Of a DNA stretch of 64,000 bases, positions 19,855 through 29,284 are shown in pieces; within the stretch, counting starts at the first letter, position 1, and each line of letters opens with the position of its first letter. The translations under genes and the position numbers were made by a program. Source of the DNA: Bacteroidota bacterium (lineage in GTDB: Bacteria; Bacteroidota; Ignavibacteria; Kapaibacteriales; UBA2268). Where the stretch lies: positions 829 to 64,828 of the forward strand of contig JAKAKE010000121.1 of the NCBI GenBank assembly GCA_021824625.1, read 5' to 3'. The notes beneath the pieces are model-generated. The model saw only the letters and a program-made list of their open reading frames with translations, was not told the DNA's origin and made no database searches.

Positions 19855-19985
19855 ATTTTTGCACAAACTATAAGTTTTATCTACTAAATTCAAAATTATT
19901 TTATCCTTTATTATCCCATAGGGATTATATGTCTATAGTAATCTTTACCCCAAATACAAAGCTTATCCCGTAGGGATTATATATC
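19855..19985. repeat. conserved REP tail (right copy of the ~156-bp direct repeat 18766-18921 / 19829-19985)
   Basis: Direct alignment by eye with the left-hand copy shows only a few mismatches. Confidence 0.85.
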
Positions 19986-19996
19986 AACTAAATACA

Positions 19997-20872
19997 TTAT
20001 ATAGGTCTTAACACTGTAATACCAATATCCGATTCGATTCCTTTTATATAATCCGAAATCACGGCATCAATCACCACTTTCTTCTTATTTGATGATGCGT
20101 GCATGAACTTTGGTTTGCCGCTTTTATCATTGATAATCAGTCCTGTGTGAGAATAATCCAGCCCATCCTTATTTGTTGCAATTGCAATAATATCTCCCGT
20201 CATCAGCTTTGGCTCGATTGCCTTGATTGATTCTTTTGGAATGTAATAATATGTCCTTGCGTTGATTTCATTCTCAGTCTGTTGAATTGTCTTTAAAAAT
20301 TCCGGCTCATTTTTTAATGCTTCGTAATATTCAGGATGTTTTGACATAAAAGACACATTCACAGGAAACCGCATTCCGCCAAGCTTCTGGGTCATGTCTT
20401 TTACAACACCTTTTTTCACATTATCATAAATCCAGTCGGATGTATAATGCAATCGTGATGTGTAATCGGTTTGAACTCCGCTCCTGTAACGCGTAAAAGT
20501 AACTTCATTAATCAACTCTTCAAAGCTGAACCGTCCCTTCTTCAAAAGTCTTGCAATGTCAAGGACATTTTCAAATAATGTAACACAATCAAGTCCCTTG
20601 AGATTTATCCTGCATATTTCGGGGCCGGGTCCTTCGAGTGTGAAAGCCTCATAAGGTGTATTGACAAGCATCATTGCTATTTTTCCCATCAGCTCGCCGA
20701 TTGGCAGTTCATCCCATTTTTCGGAAATTGCCTTTGATATTATTTTTCTAAAAATTTTAACGGTATCTTCCGAATAAATATCTTTGCCCTGAAAAAAGCT
20801 GAACATCGGTGTACTCAAGAACATTGCTCCGGTTGCAATTAATCCTATTCTAGAAAATTCTCTTCGTTTCAT
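19997..20872 (-). CDS. DUF1460-like secreted protein (amidase/NlpC-like fold), tentative
   Basis: RREFSR twin-arginine-like signal. LHYTSDWIYDN and DYSHTGLII blocks resemble DUF1460 as I recall the family. Confidence 0.4.
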   Translation of the reverse strand: MKRREFSRIGLIATGAMFLSTPMFSFFQGKDIYSEDTVKIFRKIISKAISEKWDELPIGELMGKIAMMLVNTPYEAFTLEGPGPEICRINLKGLDCVTLFENVLDIARLLKKGRFSFEELINEVTFTRYRSGVQTDYTSRLHYTSDWIYDNVKKGVVKDMTQKLGGMRFPVNVSFMSKHPEYYEALKNEPEFLKTIQQTENEINARTYYYIPKESIKAIEPKLMTGDIIAIATNKDGLDYSHTGLIINDKSGKPKFMHASSNKKKVVIDAVISDYIKGIESDIGITVLRPI

Positions 20873-21044
20873 AATATCACTTTTGAAAATTTAGAATTTA
20901 GAATTTAAAATTTTTTAATAAATTTTCAATATCAAATTTTAAATAAACAAATCAAATCTTATAAATACCATTGTAATGATGCTTTCAATAATATAAATTT
21001 AAAAATTTTAATTTCATTAATAATTGAAAATTAGAAATTGAAAA

Positions 21045-21602
21045 TTATTTATTCTTACTCTTATATGAATTCTCAGATTCGTAAAATTCATCAATCAATA
21101 AATGCCCGCTCTCCGCAGCGTCTTTGGAAAGTCTGTCGCACCGCTCATTATCAGGTATATCGGCATGTCCCTTTACCCAGACAAAACCAACATCATGCTT
21201 CTCCAACTCCTGCAGTAGCATAGCCCATAAGTCGGCATTCAGAGCCTTGTCCTTACGGTTCCGTTTCCAGTCATTCTTTCTCCACTTTTCAGCCCAGCCC
21301 TCATTTATTGATTTCACCAAAAGCTGTGAATCGCTGTGTATGACGACATGAAGTCTTTTGTCCGATTTTAATGCCCTCAATGCTTCGACAGCCGCAAGGA
21401 TTTCCATGCGGTTGTTTGTTGTGTACCTGAATCCTTTTGACAATTCCTTAAAATGCTTTCCATACCTCAATACAACGCCATAGCCGCCGGGTCCGGGGTT
21501 GCCGAGACAGGCACCGTCAGTGTAAATAATCACTTTTTTCTGTGCTTTGTCTTTCGGCTTTTTATCCTTAAACAATGAAATTTCTTCTTTTGTTTTTTTC
21601 AT
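21045..21602 (-). CDS. rnhA: ribonuclease HI
   Basis: IYTDGACLGNPGPGGYG, TNNRMEL, HSDSQ, VKGH...NERCD. Confidence 0.85.
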   Translation of the reverse strand: MKKTKEEISLFKDKKPKDKAQKKVIIYTDGACLGNPGPGGYGVVLRYGKHFKELSKGFRYTTNNRMEILAAVEALRALKSDKRLHVVIHSDSQLLVKSINEGWAEKWRKNDWKRNRKDKALNADLWAMLLQELEKHDVGFVWVKGHADIPDNERCDRLSKDAAESGHLLIDEFYESENSYKSKNK

Positions 21603-22003
21603 AAAATAATTTATTTAAAAATGGAATCAAGCAAAATTAAGATTAATAAATGATGTAAAGTAATAAAAAACCTTATCATTATTGATTTACCTTAGTAGCA
21701 GATAAAATTAATCCCCCGCCAACCTTATTACCTTGTTTAAAAGATATAAATAGCATGGATTGTATGTAAAAGGTTTTATTAAAAGTGTAATAGGATTTTA
21801 TAAATAATAACTAAACATCTCATTCGTAAACAAATTATTCGATTTCATTTATTTTGTAATTTGGATTTTTAATAATTGAGAATTTTCTGAAAAAGTTTTT
21901 ATCAATATTAATTATTTCATCAACAATTTTCCACTTTTGCGGATTTTGTCTTGTATTTGTTATTGCTCAAAAATCGCACAGGGCTCAAATACGCAGGGAA
22001 ATC

Positions 22004-22405
22004 ATGAGTGAATTAGTTAAACAAGAGACATTGCGATTTTCCAAGAGTGATATAAAAACCGGGAAAATTCACATCAGGTATGTGAAAGACGATGAAATTA
22101 AAATTCACAATTCAATGTATGATATTATTTCTGTAAATGAAACATCAGACTCATTATTTTTTACCTGCATCAATGACAAAGAAGAAGAAAAGTTAATTGA
22201 AAAATACATGGAAAAGGAAAATAGTTCTGATTCAAAAAGCAGGACATCAATTTTTAAAATTATAAAGCCGTTCTCAGTTTTCGTTGTTACTGAAATGAAG
22301 AGTCATTTTGTTCTTTATTCTGTCAGCAGCCCTGAAAATAAGACCGGCACTGATTTCTACAAATCAATAATTTCCGACGTACTGTCACCTCCTCCAGAAG
22401 CATAA
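22004..22405 (+). CDS. hypothetical protein
   Basis: ORF only. The frame stays open upstream to 21860 and encodes a hydrophobic helix (SILIISSTIFHFCGFCLVFVIA) with no ATG, so the true start may be non-canonical. Confidence 0.4.
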   Translation: MSELVKQETLRFSKSDIKTGKIHIRYVKDDEIKIHNSMYDIISVNETSDSLFFTCINDKEEEKLIEKYMEKENSSDSKSRTSIFKIIKPFSVFVVTEMKSHFVLYSVSSPENKTGTDFYKSIISDVLSPPPEA

Positions 22406-22425
22406 TTTAGAATTAAATGAATAGC

Positions 22426-22769
22426 CACTACAATTATGTAGTGGAATTATATTCCGATACCATTAACTTATGGATTTATCAGCTTATAATTATTTAAGTG
22501 ACTAAAGTCTGAGGTGGGTGATGATTTAAACTCCACTATCTGAAGATAGCGGCTATTCAAAATAAATAAAAGGCTAAAGTTTGGATTGGGTGATGATTTA
22601 AACTCCACTATCTGAAGATAGCGGCTATTCAAAATAAATAAAAGACTAAAGTTTGGATTGGGTGATGATTTAAACTCCACTATCTGAAGATAGCGGCTAT
22701 TCAAAATAAATAAAAGACTAAAGTTTGGATTGGGTGATGATTTAAACTCCACTATCTGAAGATGGCGGC
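22426..22769. mobile_element. MITE-like element, AATGAATAGCC family, copy 2, with one end module amplified as a 72-bp tandem repeat (~3.8 copies, 22497-22769)
   Basis: ggctattcaa recurs at 22551, 22623 and 22695, an exact 72-nt period. The left terminus is aatgaatagccactacaattatgtagtgg. Confidence 0.8.
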
Positions 22770-22822
22770 AAATCAATAATCTAAAATTATATTATTATTA
22801 ATTGTCAATTAATGGAGAAAAA

Positions 22823-24973
22823 ATGAAAAAAATAATATTAATATTTTGCTTTATTATAGTAAGCAGCAATCTGGTTTTTTCACGAATTGAAAAAATAAAA
22901 AAGAAGGATACACTTGAATATAAAACATCCGAAATTGTGGTGTCTGCACTTAGATATCCTGAAGGGATCATCGAAGTACCGCTGGCAATAAGCTATATTT
23001 CGATGCATGATTTTTCGTTTATAAAAGGAATGGGAATTGAAGAACCGTTGAAATCTATTCCCGGTGTTCTGGCTCAATCGCGTGCCGGAGGGAGTGATGT
23101 GAGAATCACAATTCGCGGTTTTGGTGCAAGAGGTGCGGGAGACCGTTCAAATTCAGGCACATCAAGAGGAATAAAATTCTTTCTGAACGGAATACCTCAG
23201 ACAGAACCTGACGGAAGGACATCATTCGACTTTCTTGATTTTTCACTTGCGGATAATATCGAGGTAATCCGCTCGAATGCATCGGCAATCTGGGGAAATG
23301 CGGCAGGCGGTGTTATCAGCATATCAACAATGCCAAGTATTAAGGAATCATTTCTCAGCCTTTCGGCACAGGCCGGTTCTTATGGATATAAGAAGCTATT
23401 TGCAGAGGCAGGTTCAGACATGGATTTCGGTTACCTTTATTCATCTGTTTCCGTGAGCAGTTATGATGGCTGGAGGCAGAATTCAGGTGCTGAAAGAACT
23501 TTATTCAATCTCGGACTGACTTCGGTTTTATCTAAGAAAACATCACTGAATATGTTTTTATCAGGTGTATCGAATAAGTTCAACATTCCGGGTCCATTGA
23601 CTCAAACCACGTTTGATAATTTCCCCGACTCTGCAAATTCAGTATATCTGAGCCGCAAGGAAAGACGGGATAATAAGGCTGTTCAAATCGGTTTGAATAT
23701 TGACCACAGTTTTGATGAGAACAATTCACTTTCGGCTATGTTATTTGTCAATCCCAAATACCTGCAGAGGTCGGAGCGAAACACTTACAGGGATTTCACG
23801 AGGTATCATCTCGGCGGCAATGTGAACTACAAGAATAAAATTGAAATTACCAATAAAATCAGCAATACACTATTAGTCGGGATTGATGAGCAGTACCAGG
23901 ATGGAACCATTCTCTTTTATAGTCTTTCCCCTGAAGCAGGAAGAGGCAGTACATTGAAAGACAACAAAAGAGAAGGAGCAAGTACATCTGGAGCATTTAT
24001 TCAGGATGAAATTATGTTCAATGATGAATTCAGTGCAGTACTTGGATTACGTTATGATGATGTTACTTATTACAACGAGAATTTTATGAACCGGGACATT
24101 TCGGAAACCAGGTCTTTTTCAAGGATGACACCTAAGATTGCCTTGTCATACAGGTTTGACGGAAATCATAATATTTATGTTAATTATGGCGGCGGCATAG
24201 AAGTGCCGGCAGGAAATGAAACTGACCCATCACCATATCTTGGAATGGACACGATTCACCTGGTGAATCCATTGCTGGAGCCGATTGTTTCGACAACTTA
24301 TGAAATTGGAAGTAAGAATATCGAACAGCTTGATGGTTCATTCATCAACCGGCTCAACTATGAAGCTGCTGTTTACCTGATTGAAACTAAGAATGATATT
24401 ATTCCATACCAGGGGGGTAAATTTTACTTCACGGCAGGCAAAACACAAAGATTCGGTGCTGAGTTTGGGTTAGGAACGAGAATGTTCAAATCACTCGATA
24501 TTAATGCAACACTCACATACATGAACGGAAAGTATAAAGAATATAAAGTTGATTCTGTTCATTATGATGTGAATAAGGAAGGAAAATTTGCAGACTTTTC
24601 GGAGAATAGAATAGCCGGAATACCTGATTTAATCTATAATGCGAGCCTTAAATATACCCCGACATGGTTTGAGAATATGTTTCTCGAATTGAATTATGAA
24701 GGTTTGAGTAAGTATTTCGCCGATGATGCAAATAAGTTCACAGTTCCATCTTATTCAATACTGAATCTGAGAGCAGGAACTGCAAAACCAATCAGAATCA
24801 CGAATGGATTGGGATTGAATCTTTATGCATCAGCAAATAATCTGCTTGGCACAAAGTATGCGTCATCTGCTTTCATTAATCCTGAAATTGAGAATGGCAG
24901 CGGATTACCTATATACCTTGAACCCGGCTTACCAAGGAATTTTGTTTTTGGATTATCGTTTGAATGGAAGTAG
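22823..24973 (+). CDS. TonB-dependent outer-membrane receptor
   Basis: Signal peptide, a plug-domain-like N-terminus (VVSALRYPEG..IEVIRS) and a long beta-rich body ending ..FVFGLSFEWK. ATG at 22823 is preceded by ggagaaaaa. Confidence 0.7.
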   Translation: MKKIILIFCFIIVSSNLVFSRIEKIKKKDTLEYKTSEIVVSALRYPEGIIEVPLAISYISMHDFSFIKGMGIEEPLKSIPGVLAQSRAGGSDVRITIRGFGARGAGDRSNSGTSRGIKFFLNGIPQTEPDGRTSFDFLDFSLADNIEVIRSNASAIWGNAAGGVISISTMPSIKESFLSLSAQAGSYGYKKLFAEAGSDMDFGYLYSSVSVSSYDGWRQNSGAERTLFNLGLTSVLSKKTSLNMFLSGVSNKFNIPGPLTQTTFDNFPDSANSVYLSRKERRDNKAVQIGLNIDHSFDENNSLSAMLFVNPKYLQRSERNTYRDFTRYHLGGNVNYKNKIEITNKISNTLLVGIDEQYQDGTILFYSLSPEAGRGSTLKDNKREGASTSGAFIQDEIMFNDEFSAVLGLRYDDVTYYNENFMNRDISETRSFSRMTPKIALSYRFDGNHNIYVNYGGGIEVPAGNETDPSPYLGMDTIHLVNPLLEPIVSTTYEIGSKNIEQLDGSFINRLNYEAAVYLIETKNDIIPYQGGKFYFTAGKTQRFGAEFGLGTRMFKSLDINATLTYMNGKYKEYKVDSVHYDVNKEGKFADFSENRIAGIPDLIYNASLKYTPTWFENMFLELNYEGLSKYFADDANKFTVPSYSILNLRAGTAKPIRITNGLGLNLYASANNLLGTKYASSAFINPEIENGSGLPIYLEPGLPRNFVFGLSFEWK

Positions 24974-25136
24974 TTTTAATAAAAAGGTGGTGGATTGATT
25001 ATAATCCATCACCTATTTGGTTTTAATTGTAGTGTAATTATTTAATTGCAAAATGTAAAGGAATTATTTACATTATATACACAAATACAACATTATATTC
25101 TTTTCTTATTAAAATTGTAAAATAAAAAGTGAATTT

Positions 25137-25352
25137 ATGGACAGTCTTTATATAACAATAAAGGATTCAACGAAAACCGGTTTTATTATTGAACTTCTGG
25201 ACAAATTAGATTTTGTTGAAATAAACAGGAAAAAAAGAGATAAAAGAAAAAATTCCAAGCATGACATTTTGAATTCTGCAGGAATTTGGAAAGATAGAAA
25301 TATCAGTGCTGAAGAACTCAGAAAAGAAGCATGGAATATTTCAAATACCTGA
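25137..25352 (+). CDS. small hypothetical protein (possible orphan antitoxin)
   Basis: 71 aa with a C-terminal GIWKDRNISAEELRKEAW block, which resembles small antitoxin-like proteins. No partner toxin follows. Confidence 0.3.
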   Translation: MDSLYITIKDSTKTGFIIELLDKLDFVEINRKKRDKRKNSKHDILNSAGIWKDRNISAEELRKEAWNISNT

Positions 25353-25654
25353 GCTATGGTGCCGAAGGACTGGCAAACATAACAACACAACGCAACGGAA
25401 GAAAAGAATACTCCGTATTCGACCATCTCGGCTCTGTGCGTGTCCGGCTGGACGAAGAAGGAGATATTATCTCCTATTACGATTACGAACCATTCGGAAA
25501 GCAGATGAGTACAAGCGTAACGCCACGGTTGAGCTTTATTGACAAAGAGAAAGACAAGGAAAGCAACTTGGGTGACTTCGGAGTGAGGAAATATGATGAT
25601 AATATTGGTAGGTTCACGAGTATTGATCCGTTGTATGATAAAACCTCACCCTAA
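25331..25654 (+). pseudogene. orphan RHS/YD-repeat core C-terminal fragment
   Basis: FDHLGSVR..YYDYEPFGKQ...FIDKEKDKESNLGDFGVRKYDDNIGRFTSIDPL is the conserved end of the RHS repeat-associated core. There are no upstream YD repeats and no toxin tip. The stop lies inside a palindromic repeat element. Confidence 0.7.
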
Positions 25655-25746
25655 ATACCACTTCAACTGGAGAGGGACTTAGAACTAAGTGAAGTTTTTG
25701 CTTTTCTCCCTGTCTTCTTCGGAGAAGGGGCAGGGTGTTGAGGTTT
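25642..25746. repeat. palindromic intergenic element (aacctcaccct ... agggtgttgaggtt)
   Basis: Imperfect inverted termini read directly. It overlaps the last codons of the RHS fragment. Confidence 0.6.
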
Positions 25747-25804
25747 TAATAAAATAATTTAATAATTTGTAAGTCAATTAAATTGATTTATTCGAAAGGT
25801 TATA

Positions 25805-26017
25805 TTGATTATGCACACATTTAATGAAGTTCTGGAATCAGTTGATAAATTTTCTGCATTTGAACAGCTCGAAATTGCCGATATTATCAAGAAAAGAGCC
25901 ATCGAAGAAAGAAGAAATGAATTAAAAAAAGAGATTTTACAAGCACGGAAAGAATTTAAATCCGGCAAACTCAAACCGAAAACCGTAGATGAAATAATCG
26001 GGGACTTATTTCATTGA
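25805..26017 (+). CDS. antitoxin of RelE-type TA pair
   Basis: 70 aa. It overlaps the downstream toxin gene by 4 nt (ATGA). Confidence 0.5.
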   Translation: MIMHTFNEVLESVDKFSAFEQLEIADIIKKRAIEERRNELKKEILQARKEFKSGKLKPKTVDEIIGDLFH

Positions 26018-26310
26018 GCCTGGAATTAGTTAATTCATCATTATTTGTTAAAAATGTCAATAAATACATTAGACATAATACAAAATTCAAAAATGAGCTT
26101 ATCGAAATTCTAAAAATTTTATCGGAAAATCCATACGACCCAAAATTAAAAACACACAAATTAAAAGGCACTCTTAAAGGTTCATTAAGCTGTTCAATCA
26201 ATTTCAATTTGAGATTAATTTTCAGCTTTGGTATTGTAACAGATAAATTTGGAAATAAAAGAGAAGTAATAATTCTCGAAACTATTGGAACACATGACGA
26301 AGTATATTGA
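26014..26310 (+). CDS. RelE/YafQ-family mRNA interferase toxin
   Basis: NPYDPKLKTHKLKGTLKGSLSCSINFNLRLIF....ILETIGTHDEVY matches the RelE/StbE/YafQ pattern. Confidence 0.75.
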   Translation: MSLELVNSSLFVKNVNKYIRHNTKFKNELIEILKILSENPYDPKLKTHKLKGTLKGSLSCSINFNLRLIFSFGIVTDKFGNKREVIILETIGTHDEVY

Positions 26311-26777
26311 TTATCGTATTCATAATTTTTTTTTCCAATCTTAAATAAATCCAATTTATTATACATCACGCAACTATTATTTCTTGATTATTTCGTGGAT
26401 AATATGTGGAAAAGTCTTTGTTTATTTAACAAAAGTTACTTATAATTGCAGTCCGCAGGTATATACCGGCGGGGTAAAGTTAATATTTCTAATCACATAG
26501 TTAATTTCACTTGTGGGGGTAGCATGGGGAATTACATCAAAGATTACAGTAGCTTAGGTAAATACCTAAGTACTTGTAAGCTGCTATTTTTCAGCGGTTA
26601 AAGCTAAAATTTTAATCGTTTAATCATTCATTGTACAGCACAAAGGGGAAGCATTTAGTAAATTATGAATTTTGAATGTTGAATTAAATTAGGAAATTGA
26701 ACATTTTAAATTTATTGAAAATTATAATATTAAAAATAATAAATTCGTAAACAATTGTTTTATTATTAAGGTGCTAT

Positions 26778-27947
26778 ATGTACAAAAGAATGTTCTTGTT
26801 CGTATTATTTTTATCAGCATTTGTGCTGTATGTTTCCTGCCAGCCGGAAGAAAAGAAAGTTGTTTCTGAAAGACCCCCGGATATAACAGAAAAAACTGTA
26901 GTAGCCGAAGATACCGGTACCACCATGAGTGATGATGGCAGCTTGAAAACTTTGATGGGAATCTGCTATGATAATTATGCTTTATCAAAATATTTAGGCA
27001 AAGGTGTTGAGGTGATCTTTGACAGCAGAAAGTATGACTTCGACATTTCACAGTTAATCACTTATGCAATAGACCCATACCAGATTGTAATCAAGGCAAG
27101 AGGTTTTGATAACTGGAGCGTTTCTGATTTCGCAGGGAAAGGAGCCCGCGTTCTCGTTGACTGCTGTAGTTTTACTGATTTTGAAATAAGAGCCTTCATT
27201 AATAGTACCCCACAGAATAAGAAGGACAATGTTATTGTGTATGCTTGCAGATGCGGGTGTCTTTCTGTTCTTGATTATATAAAGATGGGTGCCAGGATTA
27301 AAATCAACAAAATACATGAGCCGTTTAATATTGTTAACTTTATTGATGCAGGGTGGAAACTTCACAATAAGGCTTTAGTCGAGGTTGATGCTTACGGTTT
27401 TGATTCTCACTGGATTGTGGAGTTTATCCGCCGTGGTGCCAATATTTTCGTATCAAAAGGCTTTTCCGGTTTTGATGTTCTCCAATTCGCAAAGATTTCA
27501 AAAGAGACAAATAAAGGTAAAATCAAGATTGATGGAAAATTCTTTACACTGAATGAATTACAATGGTTCCTATATTATGATGCAACTATCATTGTCGGCA
27601 GGTATTATAAGTATGTGGGCTGGAGATACCTCAAGTATGGCCCTAATGCTTTTGAAGTTGCCGAGCTAATCAGGAAGAATCCATCACATGTCATTGTTGT
27701 CGGTGATTTTTACCAGGCACACGAAATAGCTGAATTTATCCGGCTGGGAGCTAAAGTTATATTCCTTTATTGCTGTACTCATGACAAATGCGATATCGAA
27801 GCATTTCTGAATAAAACGCCGCCTCCGGCGAGGGATGTTCTCTCTCAGGATAACAAGAAAGGTACGGCACCTGCAATCCGTGGCAAAGATTATTATCATA
27901 CACCAAGACCCTGCCCAATATGCGGAGCGACAAATATTATTGATTGA
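26778..27947 (+). CDS. lipoprotein with ~8 internal ~45-aa repeats and a C-terminal CPICG knuckle; function unknown
   Basis: Lipobox LYVSC. A recurring pattern aromatic-xx-[ED]-[FY]-[IA]-xxGAx-[VI] appears as YLGKGVEVIF, FAGKGARVLV, YIKMGARIKI, FIRRGANIFV and FIRLGAKVIF. Confidence 0.5.
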   Translation: MYKRMFLFVLFLSAFVLYVSCQPEEKKVVSERPPDITEKTVVAEDTGTTMSDDGSLKTLMGICYDNYALSKYLGKGVEVIFDSRKYDFDISQLITYAIDPYQIVIKARGFDNWSVSDFAGKGARVLVDCCSFTDFEIRAFINSTPQNKKDNVIVYACRCGCLSVLDYIKMGARIKINKIHEPFNIVNFIDAGWKLHNKALVEVDAYGFDSHWIVEFIRRGANIFVSKGFSGFDVLQFAKISKETNKGKIKIDGKFFTLNELQWFLYYDATIIVGRYYKYVGWRYLKYGPNAFEVAELIRKNPSHVIVVGDFYQAHEIAEFIRLGAKVIFLYCCTHDKCDIEAFLNKTPPPARDVLSQDNKKGTAPAIRGKDYYHTPRPCPICGATNIID

Positions 27948-27983
27948 TTTTTTGGTGTTAAGTATCAAATTAGGAAAGATGAA

Positions 27984-29138
27984 ATGAAAAAAATAAAATA
28001 TATATTATTATTACTGACGTTTTCAGGTGTAGCGGTTCTTACTTCATGCAAGAGCAGTCCTCCGCCCCTGAACAAAGATGATATTATGCCTTACCAGAAG
28101 CGGGCTGATATAATAATCACTAACGAGGATTACCAGAAAACGAATAAAGACATTAACCAGATTGCAAAGAAGTTCGAAGGTTTCATTAAAAATTCAAGTT
28201 TCAATACCGATGTGAAAAGCCAGAGCAATGCCGAGTATGAGATTCATGTGCCATACACGTTTTTCAACAATTTCAAGGAAAATTTCGATAATACTTTCAA
28301 GCCCGATATTGTAGAGGAAACAGTATCGGATGAGGAATCTCTGACAAAGCTCTATTATTCCAATCTTGCCAAGATTGACCAGAAAACTGCTGCTTTGCAG
28401 GAAATGAAAGAAAGCTATGTAGTTGCTAAAGACGTGAACGACAGAATTGTAATGAAATATGAGATTGATAAACTCTCGACTGAGGTAAACGAGCTTCAGC
28501 AAAAACGTCTTTCACTTCTCGAATCAATGAACTACTCTACTATCAAGGTTACATGGAAGCAGAAGAATGATGGGAAGGATTCGCTTCCTGCCGGTGTGCC
28601 GGGATTGCCGCCACCGCCACGTCAGATTATTCTGAAAAATTACGGGCAGATTGAAAACTTCAAGGTGAACGAGCCGGTTGCAATCAGCATGGAAGACCTC
28701 GACCCGGAGAAAACGAATATCATTTCCAATATTGATATGGATGCTGATAATATCGAAATGAAAGTTACTGAATATGACAAGAAAGAAACAGTGGTCCTCG
28801 ACAAGAAGTGCCAGATAGTCATTGTAGGGTTGGGTACATTGCCTGAAATCATCAGAGGAGATGCAATTAAGCGGGAGCAAATTGTAATCACTCCGATTAT
28901 TGATGACGAGTGCAATATCATTGGTAACGAAATCCGTGCAGGAACTATTGAATCAGGTTGTAAAGAAGGCAGGAAAAATTATTATCGTTTGTTGAATTGT
29001 GTAAGGCACGGCAAACCGGTAGTCAAAAAGTCTAAAGTAGTAAGAATACAGCAGGCTGCACCGGCACAAAGACAGCGGCGTCCCGTGTGGGAGCAAAGAG
29101 ATGAGGAGAATAGTATATTCATGTTCCCGCTGGATTAG
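27984..29138 (+). CDS. lipoprotein with coiled-coil segment (DUF4349-like N-terminal half, tentative)
   Basis: Lipobox VLTSC, a coiled-coil stretch (AALQEMKE..LSTEVNELQQKRLSLL), a proline patch PGLPPPPRQ and a basic C-terminus. Confidence 0.4.
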   Translation: MKKIKYILLLLTFSGVAVLTSCKSSPPPLNKDDIMPYQKRADIIITNEDYQKTNKDINQIAKKFEGFIKNSSFNTDVKSQSNAEYEIHVPYTFFNNFKENFDNTFKPDIVEETVSDEESLTKLYYSNLAKIDQKTAALQEMKESYVVAKDVNDRIVMKYEIDKLSTEVNELQQKRLSLLESMNYSTIKVTWKQKNDGKDSLPAGVPGLPPPPRQIILKNYGQIENFKVNEPVAISMEDLDPEKTNIISNIDMDADNIEMKVTEYDKKETVVLDKKCQIVIVGLGTLPEIIRGDAIKREQIVITPIIDDECNIIGNEIRAGTIESGCKEGRKNYYRLLNCVRHGKPVVKKSKVVRIQQAAPAQRQRRPVWEQRDEENSIFMFPLD

Positions 29139-29160
29139 AAGAATAAATTTAATTTATTAA

Positions 29161-29195
29161 AATCCTTGTTTCAGAAATGAAGCAGGGATTTTTTA
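29161..29195 (+). terminator. rho-independent terminator
   Basis: aatccttgtttc-agaaat-gaagcagggatt forms a 12-bp stem (two G-U pairs) and is followed by tttt. Confidence 0.6.
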
Positions 29196-29284
29196 TATTA
29201 ATTGTTACATTTTAAAATAAATAAGAAATTACATAATTTAGTAACTTATATAGCATTTTTTTTTACAATACCTTAGTTATAATT

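Noticed and set aside
22468-22776. 102-aa ORF with perfect 24-aa tandem repeats (RYLQIVEFKSSPNPNFSLLFILNS)
   Set aside because: It is the translation of the 72-bp tandem amplification of a MITE end. It has no RBS or start context and lies antisense to the promoter region of the receptor gene.
25971-26369. 132-aa reverse-strand ORF opposite the RelE-type toxin
   Set aside because: It is antisense to a TA pair with clear family motifs and 4-nt coupling, and it has no supporting features.
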